Positions 18,246 through 26,112 of a DNA stretch of 40,000 nucleotides are shown here, piece after piece. Numbering within the stretch: the stretch's first letter is position 1; each line of letters begins with the position of its first letter. The translations under genes were made by a program, and so were the position numbers. Origin of the DNA: Aeromonas phage D6; sequence record MN131137.2, one strand, 5' to 3'. The notes under the pieces are model-generated. The model was not told where the DNA came from and searched no databases. It saw only the letters and a list, made by a program, of their open reading frames with translations.

Positions 18246-18509
18246 ATGTTTCTCTTCTTGGTAAGTCGTGAAGACCACGTTCATTACGAGGAGTACTTCT
18301 CTTTTGTCTGTGCCGCTGAAACTCAGGCAGATGCTATTGCGATGCATCCCGAACAGGACTCTCCCGACAATCCAGATGGACACGGTAAAGAGCCCCACGA
18401 GTTCTCTGGTTGGACCAAAGACAAAAGCGCTATCAACGTCATGATTCTCGGTGAAGCTGCTCCGAATATCAGAGCCGGGGTATTGCATAGCAGTAATAAA
18501 GGCAGTTGA
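18246..18509 (+). CDS. hypothetical protein (87 aa)
   Basis: ORF MFLFLVSREDHVHYEEYFSFVCAAETQADAIAMHP..., preceded by aaggag. Confidence 0.75.
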   Translation: MFLFLVSREDHVHYEEYFSFVCAAETQADAIAMHPEQDSPDNPDGHGKEPHEFSGWTKDKSAINVMILGEAAPNIRAGVLHSSNKGS

Positions 18510-18607
18510 TTTCCAACGGCTATAAATAAAGAAATAGATATCATTGAAATGATACACCAGAGACAGTTCTTTGAGAACGGTCAATAATAAATGTAAAGGA
18601 GAAGTGC

Positions 18608-20209
18608 GTGAGTACCATTATCCGAGTTCTTAAGGATTACTCCGAAGAACAATTACTTCCTCAAAATCTCTTCAACCAGATTCTCGAGGGCACGGGGTAT
18701 ATTCCGGAAATGGATGATGAGCGGTTCTATACTGCAATCTATCCCCATTTCGAAAACTACGACCAACGACACGACAACTGCACAACACTCCCGATCTACC
18801 TGAATGACCACGACTTCCGAATCGAAGAAGATCGTGAACGTATCGTGCAAGCCCTTCGTACCGAGTATGAAGGTAACACATTCGATACGGTTGCAGTTTG
18901 TTCACCCAGCTGCGGTAAGTATCGCGGTAACATGTATCTCAACTCTGGGATTGTCTGTGACGTTTGTGGCGAGACACCAAGTCGTCCACTGAGCGAACAG
19001 ATCGAGACCAAGGTTTGGTTGAGAACTCCACCCAGGGTTTCTGGTTTCCTGTCACCGGCTATATATGAGGTATTCCTCAGTAAGCTCAAAACCAAAACAC
19101 CGAAAATCAATTTCGTTCAGTATTGGATGGATGAAGGTTATCGGAGAGACAAACGGTTCCGTGATCCAGTAGGTGAAACACCGGCGTACAAAATGGCTCA
19201 GAAGCTCAATGCTTTTAGTAGTGCCATTGGTATCGACTTCGGGTACAATAATTTTATCGATAACATCGATACGATTATCAATGCAGCAGTCACACAAGAC
19301 TTTATGGGGATCCTCGATCTCAATGAAGTACAACGTGACCATTGCACCCGGTTCTGGGCCAAGTATAAGGAGTTTGCAGTTAGCAACTTCCTTCCGCTTC
19401 CGAACAAGATTGCCACGGTGATCGAATCTGACCAACGTGACCGTTACGTCAACAAGGAAAAGACTGATCTGGAAAAGATCTTCTTTACCATAGCAGATAT
19501 GTATCACGAAATGGACCATCGTTCTGTTCAGAACGAAGTTCTGTTCGGTAAGAACTATTTCGAGATGCAGGCAGTGATGCTCAAAGTGATGAAAGAGATT
19601 CTCTTTAAGAAGAAGGGGATGTTCCGATATCACGCTGGGGCTGGTAAACTGCCATTTACTGGGCGTTCCATCATTACCGGTGAATCAGGCGTTTGTCGTT
19701 CTGATACCGTGGTGGTTCCCTGGCTTTATGGCATCACCTGTTTGAACCATCATCTGACCAACTGGTTGTACCGTCGCGGTTATACACCCAAAGCGGTTAA
19801 GCGGATCATCCGTGAATCTGCCAACTTCCGTCACCCGGTGATAGAAGAGTTCTTTGACTGGGTGGAGAACAACCGTTATGCTGTAGCAACAGTAGGTCGT
19901 AACCCATCGATCCAGTTCTTGTCATCAAGAACTTTCTTCATCAAGTTCAACCGGGATATCGAGGATAAGTCCATTCGTATCCCAATCACCTGCGTGAAAG
20001 AATTTGGTGCTGACTTCGATGGAGACCAGATGTACGTATGGTTCATTCCGGACCTGTTCGGTAAAGTTGCTGGTTACGCCAACTTCGGTCATCAGCAAAT
20101 GCTCGACCCGAACAAACCGTTCCGTACCAGTCGGTTCGCAACTCGCGCCAAGAACGTTCTTCTCAACCTCAACTCGCAATTATTGGACGAGCCAATAGCG
20201 GAGGATTAA
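18608..20209 (+). CDS. non-virion RNA polymerase beta'-like subunit, N-terminal part (phiKZ gp55-like, 533 aa)
   Basis: GTG start after aaggagaa. Contains KEFGADFDGDQMYVW, the catalytic NADFDGD motif, and CSPSCG...CDVCGE Zn-type cysteines. Confidence 0.9.
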   Translation: MSTIIRVLKDYSEEQLLPQNLFNQILEGTGYIPEMDDERFYTAIYPHFENYDQRHDNCTTLPIYLNDHDFRIEEDRERIVQALRTEYEGNTFDTVAVCSPSCGKYRGNMYLNSGIVCDVCGETPSRPLSEQIETKVWLRTPPRVSGFLSPAIYEVFLSKLKTKTPKINFVQYWMDEGYRRDKRFRDPVGETPAYKMAQKLNAFSSAIGIDFGYNNFIDNIDTIINAAVTQDFMGILDLNEVQRDHCTRFWAKYKEFAVSNFLPLPNKIATVIESDQRDRYVNKEKTDLEKIFFTIADMYHEMDHRSVQNEVLFGKNYFEMQAVMLKVMKEILFKKKGMFRYHAGAGKLPFTGRSIITGESGVCRSDTVVVPWLYGITCLNHHLTNWLYRRGYTPKAVKRIIRESANFRHPVIEEFFDWVENNRYAVATVGRNPSIQFLSSRTFFIKFNRDIEDKSIRIPITCVKEFGADFDGDQMYVWFIPDLFGKVAGYANFGHQQMLDPNKPFRTSRFATRAKNVLLNLNSQLLDEPIAED

Positions 20210-20214
20210 TAATA

Positions 20215-20880
20215 GTGATCAATGTAACAAGCGCGTTCTCAATGGGTATCGGTGGTAGCATGTCGAAAGCCGCTGCCGATGTTTATAACCAAACTCTGAC
20301 TTCGATATATGACGGGATGTCGAGCCTGGGTGGTTGGTTGGGTGGCGCTGTCCAATCGGTTGTCCAAAGCCATGAAAACTTCATGAACTCTAACATGTGG
20401 GAGTTCAGTAAGCGGATTGGTAAAGACGGTCACTATGTTGGACGTTTCGATGTAGGTTACCTGTCGGAAGTGGGTTATCAACAACAAGCTGTCGGGTTGA
20501 TGCGGAACTACATCATGGCTAACCCCAAGATGATGGAACTGTACGAAGCCGATCGCATATCTGGTTATGATGGTGAAATCTCTGATCTCTGTAGTGGGAT
20601 CGGTCGTGACAACTATTTCTATAACCGCGCTGTTGATGGCCTGATGCGTATCGAAGATGATGAAGCGGTGCGTACTCACTACGCCACATCTCTCGACAAG
20701 TATACTCACTTGTCAGCGATGGAACGTGTGGACATCAAACGTACCTGGGCAGCTAGCAATATCCATATTGCTAAGAACCTCTTTGACCCAAGTAGTATTT
20801 CTGGCGGGAAGATTCTTTCTGTAGAGGAAGTTGAAGCTATCCAGAAACAAATGGAAGAAGAAGCGGGCGACGCCCAGTAA
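20215..20880 (+). CDS. hypothetical protein (221 aa)
   Basis: GTG start after gcggagga; MINVTSAFSMGIGGSMSKAAADVYNQ.... Confidence 0.75.
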   Translation: MINVTSAFSMGIGGSMSKAAADVYNQTLTSIYDGMSSLGGWLGGAVQSVVQSHENFMNSNMWEFSKRIGKDGHYVGRFDVGYLSEVGYQQQAVGLMRNYIMANPKMMELYEADRISGYDGEISDLCSGIGRDNYFYNRAVDGLMRIEDDEAVRTHYATSLDKYTHLSAMERVDIKRTWAASNIHIAKNLFDPSSISGGKILSVEEVEAIQKQMEEEAGDAQ

Positions 20881-20887
20881 TAGGTGG

Positions 20888-20913
20888 GAGCTAACCGGTT
20901 TCCCGGTTAGCTC
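20888..20913 (+). terminator. terminator hairpin
   Basis: GAGCTAACCGG/CCGGTTAGCTC followed by ttccttta. Confidence 0.75.
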
Positions 20914-20949
20914 TTCCTTTATATAGTTATTTTTTTTTAGGAGTGTTAT

Positions 20950-21282
20950 ATGACCCCCGAAATTATCCATGAAGACAGTGTTGTTACCGCATTCAAAGTG
21001 AATGACCATCTCTACGGCGTTCACCCCAAGAACCTTGAAGTGGGGACTTATCAAGGTATAGTCAAGTTCCAAAAAGGAGACCCGGCAATAGAAGAGAATG
21101 GTTTGACCTTGGAAGCACTGCTCGCGATTTGTATCAGTCGGCTGGATAGTTGTAACCAAGGTAACTTCAAATGTCTCCATAACGATCTCGCAATCGAACA
21201 TATGAAAGCTGCCAAGGTAGCTCTCGAAGAAAGACAGTCCGATCGCAAGAACCGTTTTGTACTTGCTACCGATAAGGTGTAA
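20950..21282 (+). CDS. hypothetical protein (110 aa)
   Basis: ATG after taggagtg; MTPEIIHEDSVVTAFKVNDHLYGVH.... Confidence 0.75.
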   Translation: MTPEIIHEDSVVTAFKVNDHLYGVHPKNLEVGTYQGIVKFQKGDPAIEENGLTLEALLAICISRLDSCNQGNFKCLHNDLAIEHMKAAKVALEERQSDRKNRFVLATDKV

Positions 21283-21283
21283 T

Positions 21284-21769
21284 ATGAAATTTGGTTATTC
21301 AAAGTTGATGCTGGATCTTGGATCAGCATCCAGAATCCGCAAAGCGGCCATGAAGGTCATCGAAGGAACCGAGAAAGAAAAGGACCAAGCAGTTCTCGAC
21401 GTAATCAACATCCCTGCAACCGAACTCCACGCCACACTGATGTATGACAAACGTAATCCGGATATCATTCCGGATACCAACCGTGCATCATATAAGGCAA
21501 AGGTAACCGGTGTTGAACGTCTGGGTACGCCAGGTGGTAACTACTACGCCCTGGTACTGCTTTGCGAGTCAGAAGGGATTACAAAACGTCACGAAGAACT
21601 TCTCGAACAAGGTTTCAAACATAGCTGGCCTGACCTGAAGATTCACGTTTCACTCAACTATGGTGACCAGGTTACCGTTGCGTACCCTATTATCAAGGAA
21701 GCCTTCGAGAAGGGTTATCTCCCTACCGAAGTGACCTTGGGTGCCGAGTGCTGGAACGAGTGTCGTTAA
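21284..21769 (+). CDS. 2H phosphoesterase-like protein, candidate anti-CBASS Acb1-like nuclease (161 aa)
   Basis: Two HxT/S motifs in hydrophobic strands: TELHATLMYD and LKIHVSLNYG, 72 residues apart, with ALVLLCESEGITKRHEELLEQGFKHSWPDLKIH between them. Start at 21284 follows the upstream stop. Confidence 0.55.
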   Translation: MKFGYSKLMLDLGSASRIRKAAMKVIEGTEKEKDQAVLDVINIPATELHATLMYDKRNPDIIPDTNRASYKAKVTGVERLGTPGGNYYALVLLCESEGITKRHEELLEQGFKHSWPDLKIHVSLNYGDQVTVAYPIIKEAFEKGYLPTEVTLGAECWNECR

Positions 21770-21841
21770 GATGGAAGAAGTTTCAGGCATATATTACCTA
21801 AGTGATAACATAACCATGTTTAACAATTCGAGGTAACTACC

Positions 21842-21991
21842 ATGTTTGAAGCAATGTCCAACTCCCAAGCTTTCGGTTTCGCTTTCTTCGGTGCTATCGG
21901 CGTAATCGCTGTTATCGCTATCGGTACCAATGAATACTTCAAAGCCAAGAAAGCTCTGAAGCGTCCAATGGCTACTCGCAACAAGCGTTGA
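21842..21991 (+). CDS. small single-TM protein (49 aa), absent from the supplied ORF track
   Basis: ATG 21842 preceded by gaggtaacta; MFEAMSNSQAFGFAFFGAIGVIAVIAIGTNEYFKAKKALKRPMATRNKR; followed directly by a terminator. Confidence 0.7.
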   Translation: MFEAMSNSQAFGFAFFGAIGVIAVIAIGTNEYFKAKKALKRPMATRNKR

Positions 21992-21996
21992 TATCA

Positions 21997-22019
21997 ACCC
22001 TCTCCCATTGGGAGAGGGT
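21997..22019 (+). terminator. terminator, shared stem family
   Basis: ACCCTCTCCC ATT GGGAGAGGGT. Confidence 0.8.
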
Positions 22020-22057
22020 AGTTTCAATTACATTTATTTTTTTTTGTCGAGGTTCAT

Positions 22058-22471
22058 ATGGCAAATGGTTGCTGTGCAACAATGTCCACTGTGGGTTATC
22101 TCTACGAACCGTTGGCTCAAATCGACAGGTTAATCGCTTGGTGGTTTGCTAATCGGATCGATCAGTCAGTGATACTCACTGATATTCAATCTTACCAATA
22201 CGTTGTCGCAAGTCATCAGAACGATTTCCGTATTGATGAGTTCCTGCAAGATGTTCAACGTAATCTTCAATCCTACCTCATGGAATGCTTCGAGGGTGCT
22301 GAAGTTAAAGCAACCGCCCCTAATTATGAGGAAGGTGGAAAGATGTTCCATCTCCACATCAGTGGGGTAGTAGAACGTAACGGAGTTCGCTATGATGTAG
22401 CAAGTGCAGTTGCACTTAGCGGTAAAACCTTCGAACTTGTTGAAAACGGGAGAAAGAGAATTGCAAGATAA
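22058..22471 (+). CDS. hypothetical protein (137 aa)
   Basis: ATG after tcgaggttcat; MANGCCATMSTVGYLYEPLAQIDRLIAWW.... Confidence 0.75.
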   Translation: MANGCCATMSTVGYLYEPLAQIDRLIAWWFANRIDQSVILTDIQSYQYVVASHQNDFRIDEFLQDVQRNLQSYLMECFEGAEVKATAPNYEEGGKMFHLHISGVVERNGVRYDVASAVALSGKTFELVENGRKRIAR

Positions 22472-23261
22472 ATATGACGTAAAGGGAGAACTGGAAGGTA
22501 TCCAGGATAAACTCTCCCATGGTAAACTTCTCGACATTGGTGAAGGGTCATTTAAGATCGCTGAAATCAATGGTCGTGATTTCATTCAAACTCCGGATGG
22601 CGAGTTCCTGGAACACGTTGTGATGGAAGAGAAGTATTTCGTTGAAAACTGGCTGGCTCAGTTCGCTCTGGGTTGGGTTGGTGACAAGTGCTACTTCGAT
22701 TTCAATGCCTGGGGAAAGATGACTATCGGGCATACTCGCGGTGTCATCATCGTTGACGAGGATGGTCAATACGTTCTCGACATCCCCAAGTTCTCCCAAG
22801 CAATGCTTCCCGCTGAAGCTAAAGCTGTTCTGGATCAGTGTGCTACCAACGCCGGGGTGGCGAACCTCATTCCCGACGAATCCGAAAAGACTCGTTTGAT
22901 CAACACTTTGGCTGAACAAGCCAAGATGATCTCCGAGATCGCTGAAGGTCAGGACCCTCTGGACATCACCAAGATCATTCCTACCGAGTACTTTGCTCGT
23001 CATGGTCTGAACAACCTGGTGATGTACGACACCATCCTGATTCGTGATCGCTACGGCGTGAAGAACGATGACGACGTGGCGCGGATCGAAAAGATCTTGA
23101 CTCAATGGACCACTGAGCGCAAAGCCAGTAAAGAAGATAAAGCGTTCATCGTCGAGATCACCAAGGGTGATTTTATTTTCGACACCGAGGAGGATATGGT
23201 AGAACAAGTATCTTCCAATATTGTTGAAGATGACACCGATTTCGATCCACTCGCAAGTTAA
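22461..23261 (+). CDS. hypothetical protein (about 266 aa; start uncertain, TTG 22461 or other)
   Basis: Coding frame continues to 23261; plausible TTG start preceded by gggagaaagag and overlapping the upstream stop. Acidic C-terminus. Confidence 0.75.
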   Translation: MQDKYDVKGELEGIQDKLSHGKLLDIGEGSFKIAEINGRDFIQTPDGEFLEHVVMEEKYFVENWLAQFALGWVGDKCYFDFNAWGKMTIGHTRGVIIVDEDGQYVLDIPKFSQAMLPAEAKAVLDQCATNAGVANLIPDESEKTRLINTLAEQAKMISEIAEGQDPLDITKIIPTEYFARHGLNNLVMYDTILIRDRYGVKNDDDVARIEKILTQWTTERKASKEDKAFIVEITKGDFIFDTEEDMVEQVSSNIVEDDTDFDPLAS

Positions 23262-23294
23262 CAATAATAGCGGGTGATCTCTAGGAGATTAATA

Positions 23295-24437
23295 GTGAAT
23301 CCGTCACCAATTTATAAGGCGCTGTGGTGTTCAGACCAGCACACCTTACACCCGCATACCCACACCAGACATATCTTAGATAACTTGAGTGTCTTTTACT
23401 ATAAAGACAGCAACTTAGATGAGATATCTCACATCGTCTGGGGTGGGGACTTCTTCCATGACCTGTGCGAGTCCAACGATCCCAACATGATCCTGGTCCA
23501 GCGATGGGTCAAAAACTTTTTGGCAATCTGTCATGAGAAACGTATTCATGTCCGTATTCTGGAGGGGACTTCTTCTCACGACTGGGGAATGCCGGAAACC
23601 CTAGATATATTGAAACCGAAAGACTCCCCGTATATAAAGTACGTCAAGGAGCTTTCTATCGAGTTCATTCCTGAACTTGGTATCAACGTTCTTTACGTCC
23701 CGGATAACTTCGGGAAGATAGCATCTGAGACTATCTACGACAGAACAATCGAGTTGATGGCTAACAAGGGTTTAACCCAAGTTGACTTTATCTACCTCCA
23801 CGGTGGTTTCAAGTTCCAACTTCCGCCTATCGCCGATAAACACGGAACATTGTACGATGAGGACAAATGGAGTAAGTTGGCTAGTAAAGCAATCTTCTCC
23901 GGCCACATCCACAAACCAGGTAGAAAACACAACATCTACTGTTCCGGTTCTTTCGATCGTATCGCATTTGGTGAAATGCACCCGAAAGGTGCGTACCGTT
24001 TCGAGTTCGGTAAAGATCACTTCAAAGCCGAGTTCTATGAAAACACCAGGGCTCAGATCTATGACAAAATCATGATCACTCCGGAGATGGAATCACTCGA
24101 GCTTTCCATGAAACTCGAGAAATACATTGACGAAAACAATCCGCCAGCCAGGACTCATATCCGAGTGTGTGGTGGTGATTCCAGTGTAGTGATTCCAGTG
24201 GTAGCCAGTTTCAGGGAAAAGTTTCCAAAGTACATTTTCGATTACGAGAATGCTAAGGAAGATAATGTCGAGATCGATGACACTCTGTACACTCCCGAGG
24301 CATATAAGGCTATCACCTTAACAGCAGACAACCTGGAAGATAACCTTCTTAACTTCATGGCACCAACACTCCATGAGAATGATTGGGTTGACCAGGAACT
24401 GTTGAAAGAACTTCTACGAGAGGTGATCAATGAATAA
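23295..24437 (+). CDS. metallophosphoesterase, SbcD/Mre11-like nuclease subunit (380 aa)
   Basis: GTG start after aggagatt. ALWCSDQH, HIVWGGDFFHD, EGTSSHDWG, YLHGG, FSGHIHKPG correspond to the DxH, GDxxHD, GNHD-position, H and GHxH metal-ligand motifs. Confidence 0.75.
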   Translation: MNPSPIYKALWCSDQHTLHPHTHTRHILDNLSVFYYKDSNLDEISHIVWGGDFFHDLCESNDPNMILVQRWVKNFLAICHEKRIHVRILEGTSSHDWGMPETLDILKPKDSPYIKYVKELSIEFIPELGINVLYVPDNFGKIASETIYDRTIELMANKGLTQVDFIYLHGGFKFQLPPIADKHGTLYDEDKWSKLASKAIFSGHIHKPGRKHNIYCSGSFDRIAFGEMHPKGAYRFEFGKDHFKAEFYENTRAQIYDKIMITPEMESLELSMKLEKYIDENNPPARTHIRVCGGDSSVVIPVVASFREKFPKYIFDYENAKEDNVEIDDTLYTPEAYKAITLTADNLEDNLLNFMAPTLHENDWVDQELLKELLREVINE

Positions 24438-25236
24438 CAGAACGTTGGGAACACTTCCGATAAGTGTCGGAACTTCCATTGCAATAGAGGGGCTTGCAAA
24501 CGCCCCTATGCATCGTTATCAGTCTTTCCTGATCAACATACGGACTATTGTTCGGAACGCTCGTGAGGCGTTTGATGAGCTACCTAACGAAGATGATCTC
24601 TTCGAGGCGGCAAAGGAAGACATGATCCAAATAGCGACAGCTATAGCCGGGATGAAACTGAAAACCATTTTGGATATGAAGTTCTACTACCCGACCTATA
24701 ATTCGTTACCACGACTTTTCCCAATGGCAAAACTCAAACCAACTGATCCTAGCAAGATGCTGCTCCCTCGTGAACAGAACTTGAAGATCAGGACGATCCT
24801 GGACAATAAGGTATATCGTAAACTTCTCAGTGAGTTTAACAAGCTTATTGTGCAGATAGATTCGTATCTCCCACAATTTGGTGGGGATGGTTTGATCATC
24901 ACTCATCACCCTGTTGATCTGGTATTGACAGAAAGTTACCACCGTCTCCATCTGTTAGAAAGTCACACCGGTACCATCAAGAACTACACGATGTTGACCA
25001 CCAAGCTGACTGGCGGTGATACCATGCCTAACATGCCGTTGAACAAACTGACCATTCAGATCTTCGGCGATAAAGCAGTCAATTTTCTGTCACAGAACCA
25101 AGGTGTTAAGAAAGAGATCAAGGAATTAGCCAACAGCGTTCCCTGGAGTTCTGCCTCAACCCATAGTTTCGTTGCAATGTCTATTCGGAAGTTGAAAGCC
25201 TCCCCCGAAAAAGACATCCTCATCAAAATGATTTAA
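24430..25236 (+). CDS. hypothetical protein (268 aa)
   Basis: Overlaps the upstream stop by a few nt; long ORF with coding bias. Confidence 0.8.
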   Translation: MNNRTLGTLPISVGTSIAIEGLANAPMHRYQSFLINIRTIVRNAREAFDELPNEDDLFEAAKEDMIQIATAIAGMKLKTILDMKFYYPTYNSLPRLFPMAKLKPTDPSKMLLPREQNLKIRTILDNKVYRKLLSEFNKLIVQIDSYLPQFGGDGLIITHHPVDLVLTESYHRLHLLESHTGTIKNYTMLTTKLTGGDTMPNMPLNKLTIQIFGDKAVNFLSQNQGVKKEIKELANSVPWSSASTHSFVAMSIRKLKASPEKDILIKMI

Positions 25237-25250
25237 TTAGGAGAAATAAC

Positions 25251-26009
25251 ATGTCCCAACAACAAGGTCAATTCCAGCGTCGTCCCGACACCATGTTCAA
25301 CGACTTCCGCTACCCGATGCCTCAGACCCGTGAGCCGGTAGACGGTGCCAAGTTCCCTGCCCGTTGGGTTTGGGATTTCGGTCTGGACGGCAAGGTCAAG
25401 TTCAAGGTCAACGACGGTATCTTCGGTCAACAGGACAAGAACAGCAAACTCAAAGAAGTTGAGCTGGGTGCGATGGACCGGAACTCCATCCTCAACCTGA
25501 TCATGAACGCCATCGAAGACCCCAACTTCACCAAGGCTCAGTACCATGTGAAGAAGAAGGTATTCGGTCAAGGCGGTCGTATGAACGATCAACCGTCTAC
25601 CCTGGGTACTTTCACCATCATCCGTACCAGCGAAGGCAAGATCGCCGTTGGTTATACCAAGGGTACCTACAAGGTCATGTTCGAGTTCAACGGTCCCAAC
25701 GACTCCATCGTTGTGTTGAGCAAAGACGGTCAAAGCTACGAAGACCACGGTCTGATGTCTCGCGTTTACGCCAAGGCGTTTGTCGAGTTCAGTCGCAAGT
25801 TCCTGGACCAGTTCGAGTGGGACAACTTCAAGCCCCGTGAGCGCAAAGAGAACAATGGCGGTGGTAACCGCGGTGGTGGCAACAACAACTGGGGCAACCG
25901 TAACGGTGGCAACGGTGGTGGCGGTAATAACAACTACAACGGTGGTGGCAACGGTGGCGGTGGCAACCGTCAAGCACCTGCCGACTTCGATGATGACATC
26001 GACTTCTAA
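25251..26009 (+). CDS. candidate single-stranded nucleic-acid-binding protein (SSB-like or ChmC-like), 252 aa
   Basis: Folded N-terminal domain, then Gly/Asn-rich linker (NNGGGNRGGGNNNWGNRNGGNGGGG...) and acidic tip PADFDDDIDF resembling the bacterial SSB C-terminal tip; strong codon bias; immediately upstream of the putative gp68-like RNAP subunit. Confidence 0.6.
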   Translation: MSQQQGQFQRRPDTMFNDFRYPMPQTREPVDGAKFPARWVWDFGLDGKVKFKVNDGIFGQQDKNSKLKEVELGAMDRNSILNLIMNAIEDPNFTKAQYHVKKKVFGQGGRMNDQPSTLGTFTIIRTSEGKIAVGYTKGTYKVMFEFNGPNDSIVVLSKDGQSYEDHGLMSRVYAKAFVEFSRKFLDQFEWDNFKPRERKENNGGGNRGGGNNNWGNRNGGNGGGGNNNYNGGGNGGGGNRQAPADFDDDIDF

Positions 26010-26021
26010 CACGTTTAATAA

Positions 26022-26047
26022 AGAGCGAGAACTTCGGTTCTCGCTCT
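26022..26047 (+). terminator. terminator with UUCG tetraloop
   Basis: AGAGCGAGAAC TTCG GTTCTCGCTCT followed by aaacttttt. Confidence 0.9.
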
Positions 26048-26077
26048 AAACTTTTTGCTGCTCTATAAATTAATAGA

Positions 26078-26097
26078 CAGATATTATTAGCGTGTAA
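26078..26097 (+). promoter_or_regulatory. putative phage promoter element
   Basis: CAGATATTATTAGCGTGTAA between a terminator and the gene at 26113. Confidence 0.6.
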
Positions 26098-26112
26098 TCC
26101 GTAGGAGGTATT

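Noticed and set aside
25860-25970. GGT/GGC/AAC-rich repeat tract considered as a possible DNA repeat or CRISPR-like array
   Set aside because: It is in frame and encodes the Gly/Asn-rich linker of the 252-aa protein; no regular spacers.
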